A stretch of DNA of 64,000 nt from an uncultured Chroococcidiopsis sp. (lineage in GTDB: Bacteria; Cyanobacteriota; Cyanobacteriia; Cyanobacteriales; Chroococcidiopsidaceae), in contig CAXTYC010000002.1 in assembly GCA_964248365.1 (NCBI GenBank), forward strand, positions 198,547 through 262,546. Direction: 5' to 3'. Position 1 is the stretch's first letter, and each line of letters begins with the position of its first letter. Positions 9,262 to 20,420 of this stretch are shown piece after piece. The position numbers were made by a program, and so were the translations under genes. The notes beneath the pieces were generated by a model that worked only from the letters and a program-made list of their open reading frames with translations, made no database searches and had not been told where the DNA came from.

Positions 9262-11310
9262 ATGGACAAAATGAGTCAATTACAGGAGAAATTTAATCTT
9301 TTAGATCGCGTTCCCTTGGGGGTTTGCGTTCTCCAGCAAGATCTATTTGTCCTATTTTGGAATTGCAGCTTAGAAGAATGGACGAAAATACCAAGAGAGA
9401 AGATTTTAGGAACTAAAATAACCGCTCATTTTCCCCATTTTAATCAGCCCCAGTATGCCAACCGTCTACAGCAAATATTTCATGGTGGACCTCCTACCAT
9501 CTTTTCTTCTCAACTGCATAAACATATAATTCCTGCACCACTACCCCAAGGAAAATGGCGCATCCAGCATACAACAGTTACTAGTGTACCTGCGTTGGAT
9601 GCAGACGAATTTTATGCACTCTTATCTATTCAAGATGTCACAGATGTAACTTACCAAATTCAACAATATAGAAATTTGCGGGATGCCGCTTTAGAAGCAG
9701 CGCGGATAAAATCACAATTCCTCGCCAACATGAGTCATGAAATCCGCACTCCTATGAATGGCGTTTTAGGCATGGCAGAGTTAATGTTGAAAACCGACCT
9801 TACTCCCCAACAGCATGAATTTGGTCGGGTAATCTTCAACAGTGCTAATCACCTGTTGACAATTATCAACGACATCCTTGACTTTTCTAAACTCGAAGCT
9901 GGGGAAATGCACCTACAAGCCCTGGATTTTGATCTAACAGATTGTTTGCAAACTGTGATTGATGTTTTATCTTCCCAAGCAGAAGTAAAAGGACTACAAT
10001 TAACCGCTTTAATCGATCCTCAAGTTCCCAGACTTCTCCAAGGCGATCCTGTACGGCTGCGCCAGATTCTCTTGAATTTGCTCGGCAATGCAATCAAATT
10101 TACAGACGTGGGTGAGATAGTAGTACAAGTTAATAGCCTAGAACCAGTAACTCCTAAAGGAGAAAATTTATCACCCACTGTACGTCTTTTGTTTTCAGTT
10201 CGAGATACAGGAATTGGCATTTCCCTACAAGGGCAGAAAAAGCTGTTTCAATCATTTACCCAAGTCGATGCTTCAACTACCAGAGAATATGGGGGAACAG
10301 GTTTAGGTTTGGCGATTTGCAAGCAACTTGTGGAAATGATGGGGGGTGAAATTGGTGTTGAAAGTGAGGCGGGAAAAGGATCGACTTTTTGGTTCACAGC
10401 GCAGTTTAATCAAGCCGCTATAGACCATTGGACAGAATATCAACCGAGTACGGTGGGTATATTGCCCGACTCGCCTCTACACCCACGAGTAACTACCGAC
10501 AACAAGCTCAAAATTTTGGTGGCTGAAGATAATTTGGTAAATCAGCAAGTGATAGTCAATCAACTTCAAATTTTAGGTCACGAAGCAGATTGTGCCACTA
10601 ATGGCGAGGAAGCTTTGGCAATGCTAGCCCAGCACGACTATGACTTAGTATTAATGGATTGTCAAATGCCAGTTTTAGACGGTTATACTACTACCCAACA
10701 ATTGCGCCGGATGGAAGGAAAGGACAGTCATACGGTAATAATTGCCCTCACCGCCAATGCTATGCCAGCAGACCGAGAGCAGTGTTTAGCTGCGGGTATG
10801 GATGATTATATTAGTAAACCAGTTAGCTTAGATGCCCTGCAAGCGGTACTGCAACGTTGGATTACTGTCAAGCAAAGGGCTGAGGAAGCTGAGGGATCTG
10901 GGGAGGCTGGGGAGGTTGGGGGAGAATTTATTGCGAATTCTAGAGAGCCTGTTACACTTAGGGCTGAGTCGGTTCCTCCGGTTGATTTACGTCGTCTGAA
11001 CGAAGTTATGCGCGGTAATAGGGCGCGACAACGCCGCCTTCTAGAAATATTTATCCAGAACACTCAGACAGAACTCGAAGGAATTAGGAATGCGATCGCT
11101 ACCTCAGATGGCTTGACGTTAGGGCAAAAAGGTCATCGCCTCAAAGGTTCAAGCGCTAATGTAGGAGTAAATTATATTGCCACTTTAGCCGCCGAACTTG
11201 AGCTTTGCGCTCAACAAAAAAATTTATCCCAAGCGAATTTACTGCTCACTGCTATTGAAAGTCATTTAGATAAAGTCAAAACTTTTGTTCTGACCCATTT
11301 CTCCGATTGA
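9262..11310 (+). CDS. Hybrid sensor histidine kinase (PAS-like, HisKA, HATPase, REC, Hpt)
   Basis: [45 protein letters not shown]-terminal GHRLKGSS Hpt. Confidence 0.93.
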   Translation: MDKMSQLQEKFNLLDRVPLGVCVLQQDLFVLFWNCSLEEWTKIPREKILGTKITAHFPHFNQPQYANRLQQIFHGGPPTIFSSQLHKHIIPAPLPQGKWRIQHTTVTSVPALDADEFYALLSIQDVTDVTYQIQQYRNLRDAALEAARIKSQFLANMSHEIRTPMNGVLGMAELMLKTDLTPQQHEFGRVIFNSANHLLTIINDILDFSKLEAGEMHLQALDFDLTDCLQTVIDVLSSQAEVKGLQLTALIDPQVPRLLQGDPVRLRQILLNLLGNAIKFTDVGEIVVQVNSLEPVTPKGENLSPTVRLLFSVRDTGIGISLQGQKKLFQSFTQVDASTTREYGGTGLGLAICKQLVEMMGGEIGVESEAGKGSTFWFTAQFNQAAIDHWTEYQPSTVGILPDSPLHPRVTTDNKLKILVAEDNLVNQQVIVNQLQILGHEADCATNGEEALAMLAQHDYDLVLMDCQMPVLDGYTTTQQLRRMEGKDSHTVIIALTANAMPADREQCLAAGMDDYISKPVSLDALQAVLQRWITVKQRAEEAEGSGEAGEVGGEFIANSREPVTLRAESVPPVDLRRLNEVMRGNRARQRRLLEIFIQNTQTELEGIRNAIATSDGLTLGQKGHRLKGSSANVGVNYIATLAAELELCAQQKNLSQANLLLTAIESHLDKVKTFVLTHFSD

Positions 11311-11394
11311 ATCAGTTACCACTTAGCGAGCGCGCTTTTAGCTTTTAGCTTTTAGCACTGGTAACTGATAACTGGTAACTGATAACTTACTCAA

Positions 11395-11468
11395 TCGGGA
11401 TGACAGGATTTGAACCTGCGACATCCTGCTCCCAAAGCAGGCGCGCTACCAAGCTGCGCTACATCCCG
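11395..11468 (-). tRNA. trnP: tRNA-Pro (anticodon TGG)
   Basis: Reverse complement CGGGATGTAGCGCAGCTTGGTAGCGCGCCTGCTTTGGGAGCAGGATGTCGCAGGTTCAAATCCTGTCATCCCGA folds as a cloverleaf; anticodon arm CCTGC-TT TGG GA-GCAGG. Confidence 0.97.
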
Positions 11469-11591
11469 TTTTTGACTCTACAACTACAATATTATAACAC
11501 ACAAAAACAATTCGCAATTGACAAGCGCCCAATTCGCAATTGATGACTCTTTCCACTAGTTCTACTGGTTCGACTGGTTCCACTGGTTCCA

Positions 11592-12155
<564 letters not shown>

Positions 12156-12486
12156 CTAATGGCTATTTTGACACTTTTAATCCTATCGTGTTGTTTCACT
12201 TGCCTGACTTCTTAATCTTAAGAACCTTACCATACTTCACAAAGCAATCGAGTTGCAGTGAGAATTTATTTATGTTCGAGGTTTTTAGACAGAGCCAGAC
12301 AGGATTATCGTATCTAAAACCCGCCATGTCTAACTGTAGCACTTTATGGAGGGGAAAGGGACAAGGGTTAAAGGTTAAAGGGAAATCAGTTACCAGTTAC
12401 CAGTTACCAGTTACCAGTTACCGCTAAAAGCTAATCGCGCGCGTGCTAACCGCTAATTGCTTTGGTGTTAAAGATAGGATAGAAGC

Positions 12487-13431
12487 ATGGCGAAGATTGA
12501 AATTATGGGAGTGCGTCACGTTTACGAGCTAACCAACCCTACGTCATTCCCCCATAGTTTAGTGTTTATTCACGGTTGGCTATTAAGTCGTGCTTACTGG
12601 CAACCCCTAATTGAGCGGTTAGCGCCAGATTACCAGTGCTTGGCTTATGACTTACGCGGTTTTGGTCAGTCCCAATGTAGTCGGGCAACTGATTCAAGTT
12701 ATCACGATGGCTGTAACTCGAATCAAAGTTTTTTGGCTGCTGATGCTGCTGATGTGGCTGCTTCTGGCTATACTCCCTCTGCCTATGCTGAAGATTTAGC
12801 ACTTTTATTAGAAAAACTTAATATCGACAGTGCTTGGTTAGTTGGTCATTCGCTAGGAGGTACGATCGCATTGTGGGGAGCAAGCCAAATGCCAGATCGT
12901 GTTAAGGGAGTAATCTGTATCAATGCTGGTGGTGGCATTTATATCAAAGAAGCCTTTGAGCAATTTCGCTCAGCTGGACAAAAGGTTTTGAAATTCCGTC
13001 CGCGTTGGCTGTCTGGGGTGCCTTTGATTGATTTGGTGTTTACGAGGGCGAATGTAGCCTCTGCGATCGCTCGCGCTTGGGGTCGCCAAAGGATAATTGA
13101 TTTCGTTGTCGCTCAAGAAGAAGCTGCTTTGGGAGCATTGCTAGACTCCACGACCGAAGAGGAAATTAACCGTTTACCCCAAGTAGTATCCCAGCTCAAA
13201 CAGCCAGTTTATTTCTTAGCGGGAGCCCAAGACAAGCAGATGGAACCAAAGTATGTCCGCCATTTGGCAAGCTTTCACCCGCTGTTTCAAGGGTGCGGTG
13301 ACAATGTAATTGAAATTCCCCATTGCGGACATCTAGCAATGCTAGAACAGCCAGATATTGTTGCCACACAGATCCGTATAATTCTTGAGCAGCAAACTAA
13401 GGATGCTTTTGGTGCAGGGGAGAAAGGGTAA
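12487..13431 (+). CDS. Alpha/beta fold hydrolase
   Basis: FIHGW, YDLRGFG, GHSLGG nucleophile elbow, CGHLAMLE. Confidence 0.88.
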   Translation: MAKIEIMGVRHVYELTNPTSFPHSLVFIHGWLLSRAYWQPLIERLAPDYQCLAYDLRGFGQSQCSRATDSSYHDGCNSNQSFLAADAADVAASGYTPSAYAEDLALLLEKLNIDSAWLVGHSLGGTIALWGASQMPDRVKGVICINAGGGIYIKEAFEQFRSAGQKVLKFRPRWLSGVPLIDLVFTRANVASAIARAWGRQRIIDFVVAQEEAALGALLDSTTEEEINRLPQVVSQLKQPVYFLAGAQDKQMEPKYVRHLASFHPLFQGCGDNVIEIPHCGHLAMLEQPDIVATQIRIILEQQTKDAFGAGEKG

Positions 13432-13570
13432 AGGATGAAGGATGAAGGATAAAGGGTAAAGGTAAAAAGGGCAGAAGGTGATGACAAGATAAGGAGATAG
13501 GAAGATAAAGAGAATTTCTTCCCATACCCTCATCGGGTCATCTCCCCTGAACCCACTCTCCCCCTCTCCC

Positions 13571-14629
13571 CTACTCCCTACTCCCTACTCCCTCATAAAG
13601 CTGCATCATATCCTTGAGTGCTAGCCGTGAGTGTACGCCTAGAGTTAGAGGGGAGGTATGACCTCTAGTGAGATGATCGGCGGCGGCACAGCCAATCATG
13701 GCGGCGTTATCGGTGCAAAATTTCATCGGGGGAAATAGCACTCGTAGGTTATATGGGGCAGCGGCTGCTTGTAGGTGTTTTCTTAAACTGCTGTTGGCGG
13801 CTACTCCCCCACTCAGGGCAATGGTTTGTAGACCGTAGTCAAGAGCGCAGGCGATCGCTCTTTTGGTGAGACTTCGCGCTACAGTTGACTGAAAACTAGC
13901 GGCAACATCCGCCACTGGCAACGAACCGCCATCTTTTTCCAGTTGTTGCACTAGCCTTAATACCGCCGTTTTTAACCCGCTAAAACTTGAATCATAGCGA
14001 TGATAACCACCACTCGGTTTGGAAACATTTCCTTCCGGTAGTGCATAAGCTTGGGAATTGCCGATTTGTGCCAATTTGTCAATAGCCGGACCCCCTGGAT
14101 ATCCCAGATGTAACAATCGCGCCACCTTATCAAAGGCTTCACCAGCTGCATCGTCACGGGTTTCGCCCAGTGTTTCATACACACCACAATCTTTGACGTA
14201 AATCAAGCTAGTGTGACCACCAGAAACCAGCAAGCTTAAGAAAGGTGGCTCTAAAGTTGGCTCACTTAGGTAGTTGGCATAGATGTGACCTTCTAGATGA
14301 TGAACTCCCAAAAAAGGCTTTTGCTGTACGAGCGCTAAAGTTTTGGCAGCAGTTAGCCCAACTAATAACGCTCCCACCAGTCCAGGCGCACAGGTGGCGG
14401 CGATCCCATCAATGCTTTGCCAGTCGAGTTGAGCTTGTTCTAAGGCTTGAGCGATCGCACAGTTAATAATTTCTAAGTGTTGCCGCGATGCTACCTCCGG
14501 CACTACTCCACCATACTGTTGATGAACTGAAATTTGCGAGTTAACAATACTACTGTAAACTTGACGATTCTTAACAACTGCTACGGCAGTTTCATCACAG
14601 CTAGTTTCAATTGCTAAAACAGTTGCCAT
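13571..14629 (-). CDS. tsaD: tRNA threonylcarbamoyltransferase TsaD
   Basis: [52 protein letters not shown]. Confidence 0.97.
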   Translation of the reverse strand: MATVLAIETSCDETAVAVVKNRQVYSSIVNSQISVHQQYGGVVPEVASRQHLEIINCAIAQALEQAQLDWQSIDGIAATCAPGLVGALLVGLTAAKTLALVQQKPFLGVHHLEGHIYANYLSEPTLEPPFLSLLVSGGHTSLIYVKDCGVYETLGETRDDAAGEAFDKVARLLHLGYPGGPAIDKLAQIGNSQAYALPEGNVSKPSGGYHRYDSSFSGLKTAVLRLVQQLEKDGGSLPVADVAASFQSTVARSLTKRAIACALDYGLQTIALSGGVAANSSLRKHLQAAAAPYNLRVLFPPMKFCTDNAAMIGCAAADHLTRGHTSPLTLGVHSRLALKDMMQLYEGVGSRE

Positions 14630-15006
14630 AAAGAGGGGTTAGGGGCTAGAGGCTAGGGGCTAGTGAGTAGTGGAACCAGTGGCTAGAAGAGGGCAAAAGG
14701 AGACAAAAGGAGGCCAAAGGAGGCAAAAGGGAGAAAGTGCATTCAAATTTCTTGACTTGAAACCAGGGATATGATATTAAACGCCCCCTCAGCTCCCTTT
14801 TGCTCCCTCAGCTTCCCCAGCTCTCTTCTAGCCACCGATTCCACTAGTCACTATTATTAAGTAGCTTAAAGTTTAATTTGCTTTAACTTTACTCTTGATC
14901 ACCCACAAGAGTATGATTGCATCCAAGTGAGTGCGAACATAGCTGTACAAACCGACTTGTTTTGTAACAACTAACTTTTTGTTTTGTCACAAAAGGAAAC
15001 AATTTC

Positions 15007-15519
15007 ATGCGACGATTGTTTGCTCTAATTCTTGTGGTTGGGCTGTGGTTTAGTTTTACTCCTTCAGCCAAAGCAGTAGAAAATAATTTACAGGCTAATC
15101 TAGTACGTTGCAGTGATTCACCTGCGTTTATCCAACGGGCGCAAAATGCTCGTAATACCACCTCTGATCCCGAATCAGGGATCAAGCGATTTGAACGTTA
15201 CGCTCAGGCTATGTGTGGTCCTGAAGGTTTACCCCACCTAATTGTAGATGGTCGTCTCGATCGCATTGGTGACTTCACAATTCCTGGTATTCTCTTTCTC
15301 TACCTGGCAGGTTGGATTGGTTGGGCAGGTCGCTCCTATCTACAATCAGTCAAAAAAGACACAGGTGGTGCTTCCGAAAGCAAAGAAGTTAATATCGATG
15401 TGCCTATGGCGCTCAAGGCTTTTGGCTTAGGTGCAACGTGGCCTATAGGAGCTGTGAAAGAATTACTCACAGGTGAATTAACCGCAAAAGACGAAGAAAT
15501 TCCCGTTTCACCACGCTAA
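15007..15519 (+). CDS. psaF: Photosystem I subunit III PsaF
   Basis: Signal peptide, [37 protein letters not shown]-terminal IPVSPR. Confidence 0.97.
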   Translation: MRRLFALILVVGLWFSFTPSAKAVENNLQANLVRCSDSPAFIQRAQNARNTTSDPESGIKRFERYAQAMCGPEGLPHLIVDGRLDRIGDFTIPGILFLYLAGWIGWAGRSYLQSVKKDTGGASESKEVNIDVPMALKAFGLGATWPIGAVKELLTGELTAKDEEIPVSPR

Positions 15520-15559
15520 TTTCTACTTACCTTAATTGACTTGTTTTGGAGACAAATTC

Positions 15560-15709
15560 ATGGCAAAGGAAAACGACCAAAAAAATTATTTCTTGCAGTA
15601 TCTTTCCCTCGCACCAGTGCTAGCTGTTGTGTCAATTTCAGTTGCATTCTCTACTTGGGCGATATTTAACTACTTTTTCCCAGATCTTCTTTTCCACCCA
15701 TTACCCTAA
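15560..15709 (+). CDS. psaJ: Photosystem I subunit IX PsaJ (49 aa; absent from ORF track)
   Basis: Manual translation MAKENDQKNYFLQYLSLAPVLAVVSISVAFSTWAIFNYFFPDLLFHPLP; GGAG upstream; directly follows psaF. Confidence 0.93.
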   Translation: MAKENDQKNYFLQYLSLAPVLAVVSISVAFSTWAIFNYFFPDLLFHPLP

Positions 15710-16247
15710 TGAGGGGCTAGAGGAAAGCAGGGGGGCAGAGGGTGCAGGGGGCAGAGGGGCAGAGGGGGAATTTCGACTTTCGACTTTCGACTTTCCTTTA
15801 CCCTTTACCCTTTGCCCTTTTTCTAATCCCTAGTTCCTATGGGAGGCAATGATAAATCACTCAAGTGGATGATGCTGAGTTGAGCGCAATCTACTACTTA
15901 TTTAGTGCTAGAGCGTGTTTCATATTTTTAACATCATTCGCTTGTTGTGTAGACTAAATTCATCTACCAATTAACAGCGACTAGTGAAACACAGCAACAG
16001 TAAATAGTAAACCTCTGCTGTGAAATTGATAACTGATAACTGATAACTGATAACAGTTGTGTCAATTAACCAAATGGCATATTTTAAAAGCTCACTGACT
16101 ACTTTAGTTAGCGCAAGTTTGAGCTGTTTTTAATTGTTAGCTATTAGCTAAATTAATTTTTCTAAACTTCTCTGTCAAAATTGATATTCAGCTACAATTA
16201 TTCACCTAAAATAATGCCACTACCTTGTTTAGATACCAAGACAAAAT

Positions 16248-16781
16248 ATGGCGCAAGCAATCGATGCATCAAAAGATCGCCCCAGCGATCCTAGAAACCG
16301 CGAGGTTGTGTTTCCAGTCAAGCGCGATCCGCAAATCGGCAACTTAGAAACGCCGATTAATAACTCAGGACTTAGCAAGTGGTATATTAATAACTTGCCC
16401 GCCTATCGTCAGGGAATTACTCCCCTCAGACGCGGGATAGAAGTTGGGATGGCTCACGGTTATTGGCTAATTGGTCCTTTCGCTAAGCTAGGTCCGCTGC
16501 GTGATACAGATGTTGCTAACTTAGCCGGACTGTTGGCAACTCTAGGTATGATTGCCATCTCTACTGCTGCTATGTCTCTGTATTCAGCTAGTAATCCACC
16601 CCAACCACTTGCTATTGTAAACACCAATTATCAAGTGTCAGATACTTATAAGTCCCAAGAAGGCTGGAACACTTATATAAGTGGTTTCTTGGTTGGTGGA
16701 ATTGGCGGAGCTGTCTTTGCCTACTTTGTGTTGGCAAATATTCAAGTGATCGGAAATATCTTCGGTGTGTTTGGTGGTTAA
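16248..16781 (+). CDS. psaL: Photosystem I subunit XI PsaL
   Basis: DPQIGNLETPIN, NLPAYRQG, RRGIEVGMAHGY, GPLRD. Confidence 0.97.
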   Translation: MAQAIDASKDRPSDPRNREVVFPVKRDPQIGNLETPINNSGLSKWYINNLPAYRQGITPLRRGIEVGMAHGYWLIGPFAKLGPLRDTDVANLAGLLATLGMIAISTAAMSLYSASNPPQPLAIVNTNYQVSDTYKSQEGWNTYISGFLVGGIGGAVFAYFVLANIQVIGNIFGVFGG

Positions 16782-16824
16782 TTCGATTTAGTACTAAGGG
16801 CGGTTAGCGATCGCCCACTTCGAT

Positions 16825-16880
16825 ACGCTGATGAATGTAGGTAAGTTTGGATAACCAAATTTATCTCCATCTATCAGCGT
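16825..16880. terminator. Long imperfect hairpin between convergent psaL and gmk
   Basis: ACGCTGAT...AGGTAAGTTTGG-ATAA-CCAAATTTATCT...ATCAGCGT arms pair, with G-U pairs. Confidence 0.55.
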
Positions 16881-16963
16881 TAAAATTAACTCGCTTCTAG
16901 GCTGAGCCTGGGAGCCTTGGAACTAGGCTCTTGCCTAGTAACTAGACAAAAGATTAGGCTTGA

Positions 16964-17569
16964 TTAGCCAAATAAAGCAGCTTCTATATCTTTGAGCGCG
17001 GTTTCAAAATCATCATTAATAATTTCAAAATCAAATTCCCCAGCAGCATTAATTTCTTCTTGAGCGCGACGAAGACGACGGGCGATCGCTTCCTCCGAGT
17101 CCTGTCCCCGATTGCGGATACGCTGCTCTAGTTCCTGCATCGAAGGAGGCATAATAAAAATTCGCAAAGCAAGGGGAAATGTTGCTCGAATTTGTCGCGC
17201 CCCTTCTAACTCAATTTCCAATAACACCCACTTGCCTTGATGAATTTTCTCTTCTACTTGTTGACGCAAAGTACCGTAGAAGTTTCCAGCAAATTCAGCC
17301 CACTCTAGCAGTTCTTCAGAGGCGACCATTCGGTCAAACTGTTCGCGGCTAACAAAGTAGTAGTGCTGACCGTCAATTTCACCCGCACGGGGAGAACGGG
17401 TGGTGACTGAAACCGAAAGATATAATTCGGAATGACGTTGTAGGAGACTTCGCACCAAAGTACCTTTACCCACGCCACTTGGACCTGTCAAAACAATTAG
17501 TCTGCCAGTCGTTGGGGAAAGTTCCGTACTTGTTGAATTATCAATAGACAAAACTTGCGTCATCCGCAT
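16964..17569 (-). CDS. gmk: Guanylate kinase
   Basis: [10 protein letters not shown]-loop, [23 protein letters not shown]. Confidence 0.96.
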   Translation of the reverse strand: MRMTQVLSIDNSTSTELSPTTGRLIVLTGPSGVGKGTLVRSLLQRHSELYLSVSVTTRSPRAGEIDGQHYYFVSREQFDRMVASEELLEWAEFAGNFYGTLRQQVEEKIHQGKWVLLEIELEGARQIRATFPLALRIFIMPPSMQELEQRIRNRGQDSEEAIARRLRRAQEEINAAGEFDFEIINDDFETALKDIEAALFG

Positions 17570-17624
17570 CAAACTTAAAAGTGAAAAAATTTAGGTATAT
17601 TTCACATCGTACTGCTAATACAGT

Positions 17625-17888
17625 TCAATTGTCTGCATGATGATCGCGACCAACTACAAAGCGATTTGCCACTGTTTCCGGCTGAATTGCCGAGAGAATC
17701 ACATGGCTCGAATCAGTAATAATTACAGCCCGTGTGCGACGACCGTAAGTTGCGTCAATCAGCTGCCCTCGATCGCGCGCATCAGTAATGATACGCTTAA
17801 TAGGGGCAGACTCTGGACTGACAATGGCAACTACTCGGTTGGCAGAGACAATGTTGCCAAAGCCGATGTTGATCAGCTGAATGTCCAT
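17625..17888 (-). CDS. remA: RemA/DUF370 family protein
   Basis: [34 protein letters not shown]; upstream of gmk. Confidence 0.9.
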   Translation of the reverse strand: MDIQLINIGFGNIVSANRVVAIVSPESAPIKRIITDARDRGQLIDATYGRRTRAVIITDSSHVILSAIQPETVANRFVVGRDHHADN

Positions 17889-18202
17889 GACGTTCTGACG
17901 CGACAAACGCGGTATGAGGAGCGATTTAAAAACCTACTTTTCATGGTATCTATAAAAATTTGGAGTTACAAGGCTAAAATCACCGAAAAATCAGGTTTTT
18001 GGTTTTTCTATCGGATTTTTGACCGTTTTCTACCTTTAGACATGGTTCAAAAGATAGATAATAATTGGTAATTGGTAGTTGGTAGTTGGTAGTTGGTAAT
18101 TGGTAATTTGTCTCCCCCTTGCCCCCTAATCCCCACAACGCGAGTGAAGAGCTTCCCCCTCTCCCTACTCCAAAACGAACTACTCCCTAACCCCTATTAA
18201 TT

Positions 18203-19942
18203 GTGCAACCAGTTGATTTCACCACATTGACCGCTGCTTGTAGCGAAATTAGTGCTTATTGGATACCAGCGCGTCTAGAGCAGGTGTATCAGCGCGATCG
18301 CTACACAGTCACCCTGGGATTACGTACCCTCAAACAACGGGGGTGGTTAGAAATTTCTTGGCATCCCCAAGCTGCTCATATTTGTATCGGCGATCCACCA
18401 CCGCGAACACCAGATACATTTACCTTTAGCCAACAAATATTACACCAGTTAAATGGTTTGGCACTCGTTTCTTGTGCTTGTGTAACTCCTTGGGAGCGTG
18501 TCGTCGATTTGCAATTTGCCCGTCGTCCAGGCGAAAGTGCTGTTTGGCATTTGTACGCCGAGGTCATGGGTAAATACAGCAATGTCATCCTCACAAACTC
18601 AGCTAACGAAATTATCACAGCTGCCCATCAAGTCAGTTCCACTCAATCTAGCGTACGTCCAATTCAAACAGGACAAACTTACGAACTACCTCCCACACTG
18701 ACAGGGACAATTCCAAGTTTGAGCGAACCCCAAGAACGCTGGCAAGAAAGAGTAAATTTAGTACCAGGAGCAATAAAGCGCTGTTTACTAAAAAGCTATC
18801 GCGGTTTAAGTCCTGCTCTAGTGCAGTCAATGATACAAGTAGCGAGTTTAGATCCTGAACAATCTAGTGATAGCCTCAACGCTACCGACTGGCTTCGTCT
18901 GTTTCAATATTGGCAAGAATGGCTCGAAGCTTTAGAAAAATCTCAGTTTCAACCAGGTAAGACACAAGAGGGATATACGGTACTCGGTTGGAATGTAATT
19001 AAAGGGGCTTCAAACGTTCAAGAATTACTCAATCAGTACTATACTCAGCAGCTAAATCAACAAGAATTTAGCCAACTGCGCCATCAGCTAAATCAGAAAC
19101 TGAATAATATTCTGGAAAAGTTGCGGAGCCGCCGGCGCACATTTGAAGAACGCTTACAGCAATCCGATCGCGCAGATGACTATCGCCACTTGGCTGATTT
19201 GCTGATGGCTCACCTGCAAGACTGGCAGCCTGGGATGAAATCTATTACCCTAGCTGATTTTGATAGTGGCAAAACAGTGGCGATCGCTTTAGATCCAGAA
19301 AAAAATGCTATCCAAAATGCCCAAAGTCTATACAAAAAAGCAGGTAAGCTCAAACGCGCCAGGAGTGCAGTCGAGCCATTGATAGCAGAGGTACAGCCAG
19401 AAATTGAGTATTTAGAGCAAGTAGAAGAGGCGAAAGATCAGATAGAAAAGTATCAATCCTCCGAAGACTTAGAAGCCCTGCAAGAAATCCGCGAAGAGCT
19501 AATTGGGCAGGGGTATATGTCAGAGCCAGAATATCTCAGGCGCAGTTCTAATACCCCATCGATGGTCAATTTCCTTCGTTACCGTACCCCCAGCGGCTTT
19601 GAATTATTAATCGGTCGTAACAATCGGCAGAATGACCAACTAACGTTTCGTTTGGCTGGAGATTATGACCTCTGGTTTCATGCACAGGAAATTCCAGGTA
19701 GTCATGTACTAATGCGAGTAGAGCCAGGATCTGTACCGGATGAAGCAGATTTGCAAATTGCCGCTGATTTTGCTGCTTTTTACAGTCGTTCTCGCCAAAG
19801 TGACACTGTTGCAGTTGTCTATACCGAACCAAAGCACGTTTATAAACCCAAGGGAGCAAAACCTGGAATTGCTCTTTACAAGCAAGAGCGGATTATTTGG
19901 GGAAATCCTCACCAGGCAAAACAGCAGATCAATAATTCGTAA
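18203..19942 (+). CDS. rqcH: NFACT/RqcH (FbpA-like) ribosome quality control protein
   Basis: EVMGKYSNVILT, NAQSLYKK, GRNNRQND, WFHAQEIPGSHV, KPKGAKPG. Confidence 0.9.
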   Translation: MQPVDFTTLTAACSEISAYWIPARLEQVYQRDRYTVTLGLRTLKQRGWLEISWHPQAAHICIGDPPPRTPDTFTFSQQILHQLNGLALVSCACVTPWERVVDLQFARRPGESAVWHLYAEVMGKYSNVILTNSANEIITAAHQVSSTQSSVRPIQTGQTYELPPTLTGTIPSLSEPQERWQERVNLVPGAIKRCLLKSYRGLSPALVQSMIQVASLDPEQSSDSLNATDWLRLFQYWQEWLEALEKSQFQPGKTQEGYTVLGWNVIKGASNVQELLNQYYTQQLNQQEFSQLRHQLNQKLNNILEKLRSRRRTFEERLQQSDRADDYRHLADLLMAHLQDWQPGMKSITLADFDSGKTVAIALDPEKNAIQNAQSLYKKAGKLKRARSAVEPLIAEVQPEIEYLEQVEEAKDQIEKYQSSEDLEALQEIREELIGQGYMSEPEYLRRSSNTPSMVNFLRYRTPSGFELLIGRNNRQNDQLTFRLAGDYDLWFHAQEIPGSHVLMRVEPGSVPDEADLQIAADFAAFYSRSRQSDTVAVVYTEPKHVYKPKGAKPGIALYKQERIIWGNPHQAKQQINNS

Positions 19943-20204
19943 TTCGTAATTGATGATTCTCCCCCAGCGAACCTGCTCTCCCCGCTGTCCCGCTGTCATC
20001 GTTCTATATAGATAAACACAGATGAAGTTTCATCCCTCTGGGGAAATAGTTTAGTCAAGAAACTATGAAGTTTGATAAAAAAGTCTGTGTTTATCGTTAC
20101 AATATAAAGCAAAGGGAAGAACAAGTTTTTACCCGCTGGGGCTACGAAAGCGCAGTTTGGTAAGATTCCCCTATTTTATCCGACAACGTTACAAAAATTA
20201 TCAA

Positions 20205-20235
20205 GACCAGCTGTGGTAGGCTGGTCATTTTTTTT
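20205..20235 (+). terminator. Rho-independent terminator
   Basis: GACCAGC-TGTGGTAG-GCTGGTC followed by A and T8. Confidence 0.75.
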
Positions 20236-20420
20236 CATGTAGAAACGCAGTATATCCATGTAGAGGCAAAGGTATATCATGTGTCTACAGTATATGAATC
20301 AATTAAAGTGCGGGCGTGGTGTTAACAAGATACAAGTCTTGGTACTCCAGAGTCTTGACGTGATGCATAAAGCCCCGCCATGCTTTTTGTAAACTCTTTT
20401 AAATGCGATCAAGGTAGCTT

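Noticed and set aside
12188..12427. 79-aa ORF, and similar ORFs at 13287-13533, 15627-15833, 20885-21091 and 61070-61267
   Set aside because: Largely translations of STRR tracts (VTSYQL, FTLYP, GARG); not credible proteins
20065..20163. 32-codon ORF MKFDKKVCVYRYN...
   Set aside because: No clear RBS or recognisable motif, and it spans the putative -10; the sRNA reading is preferred but not proven
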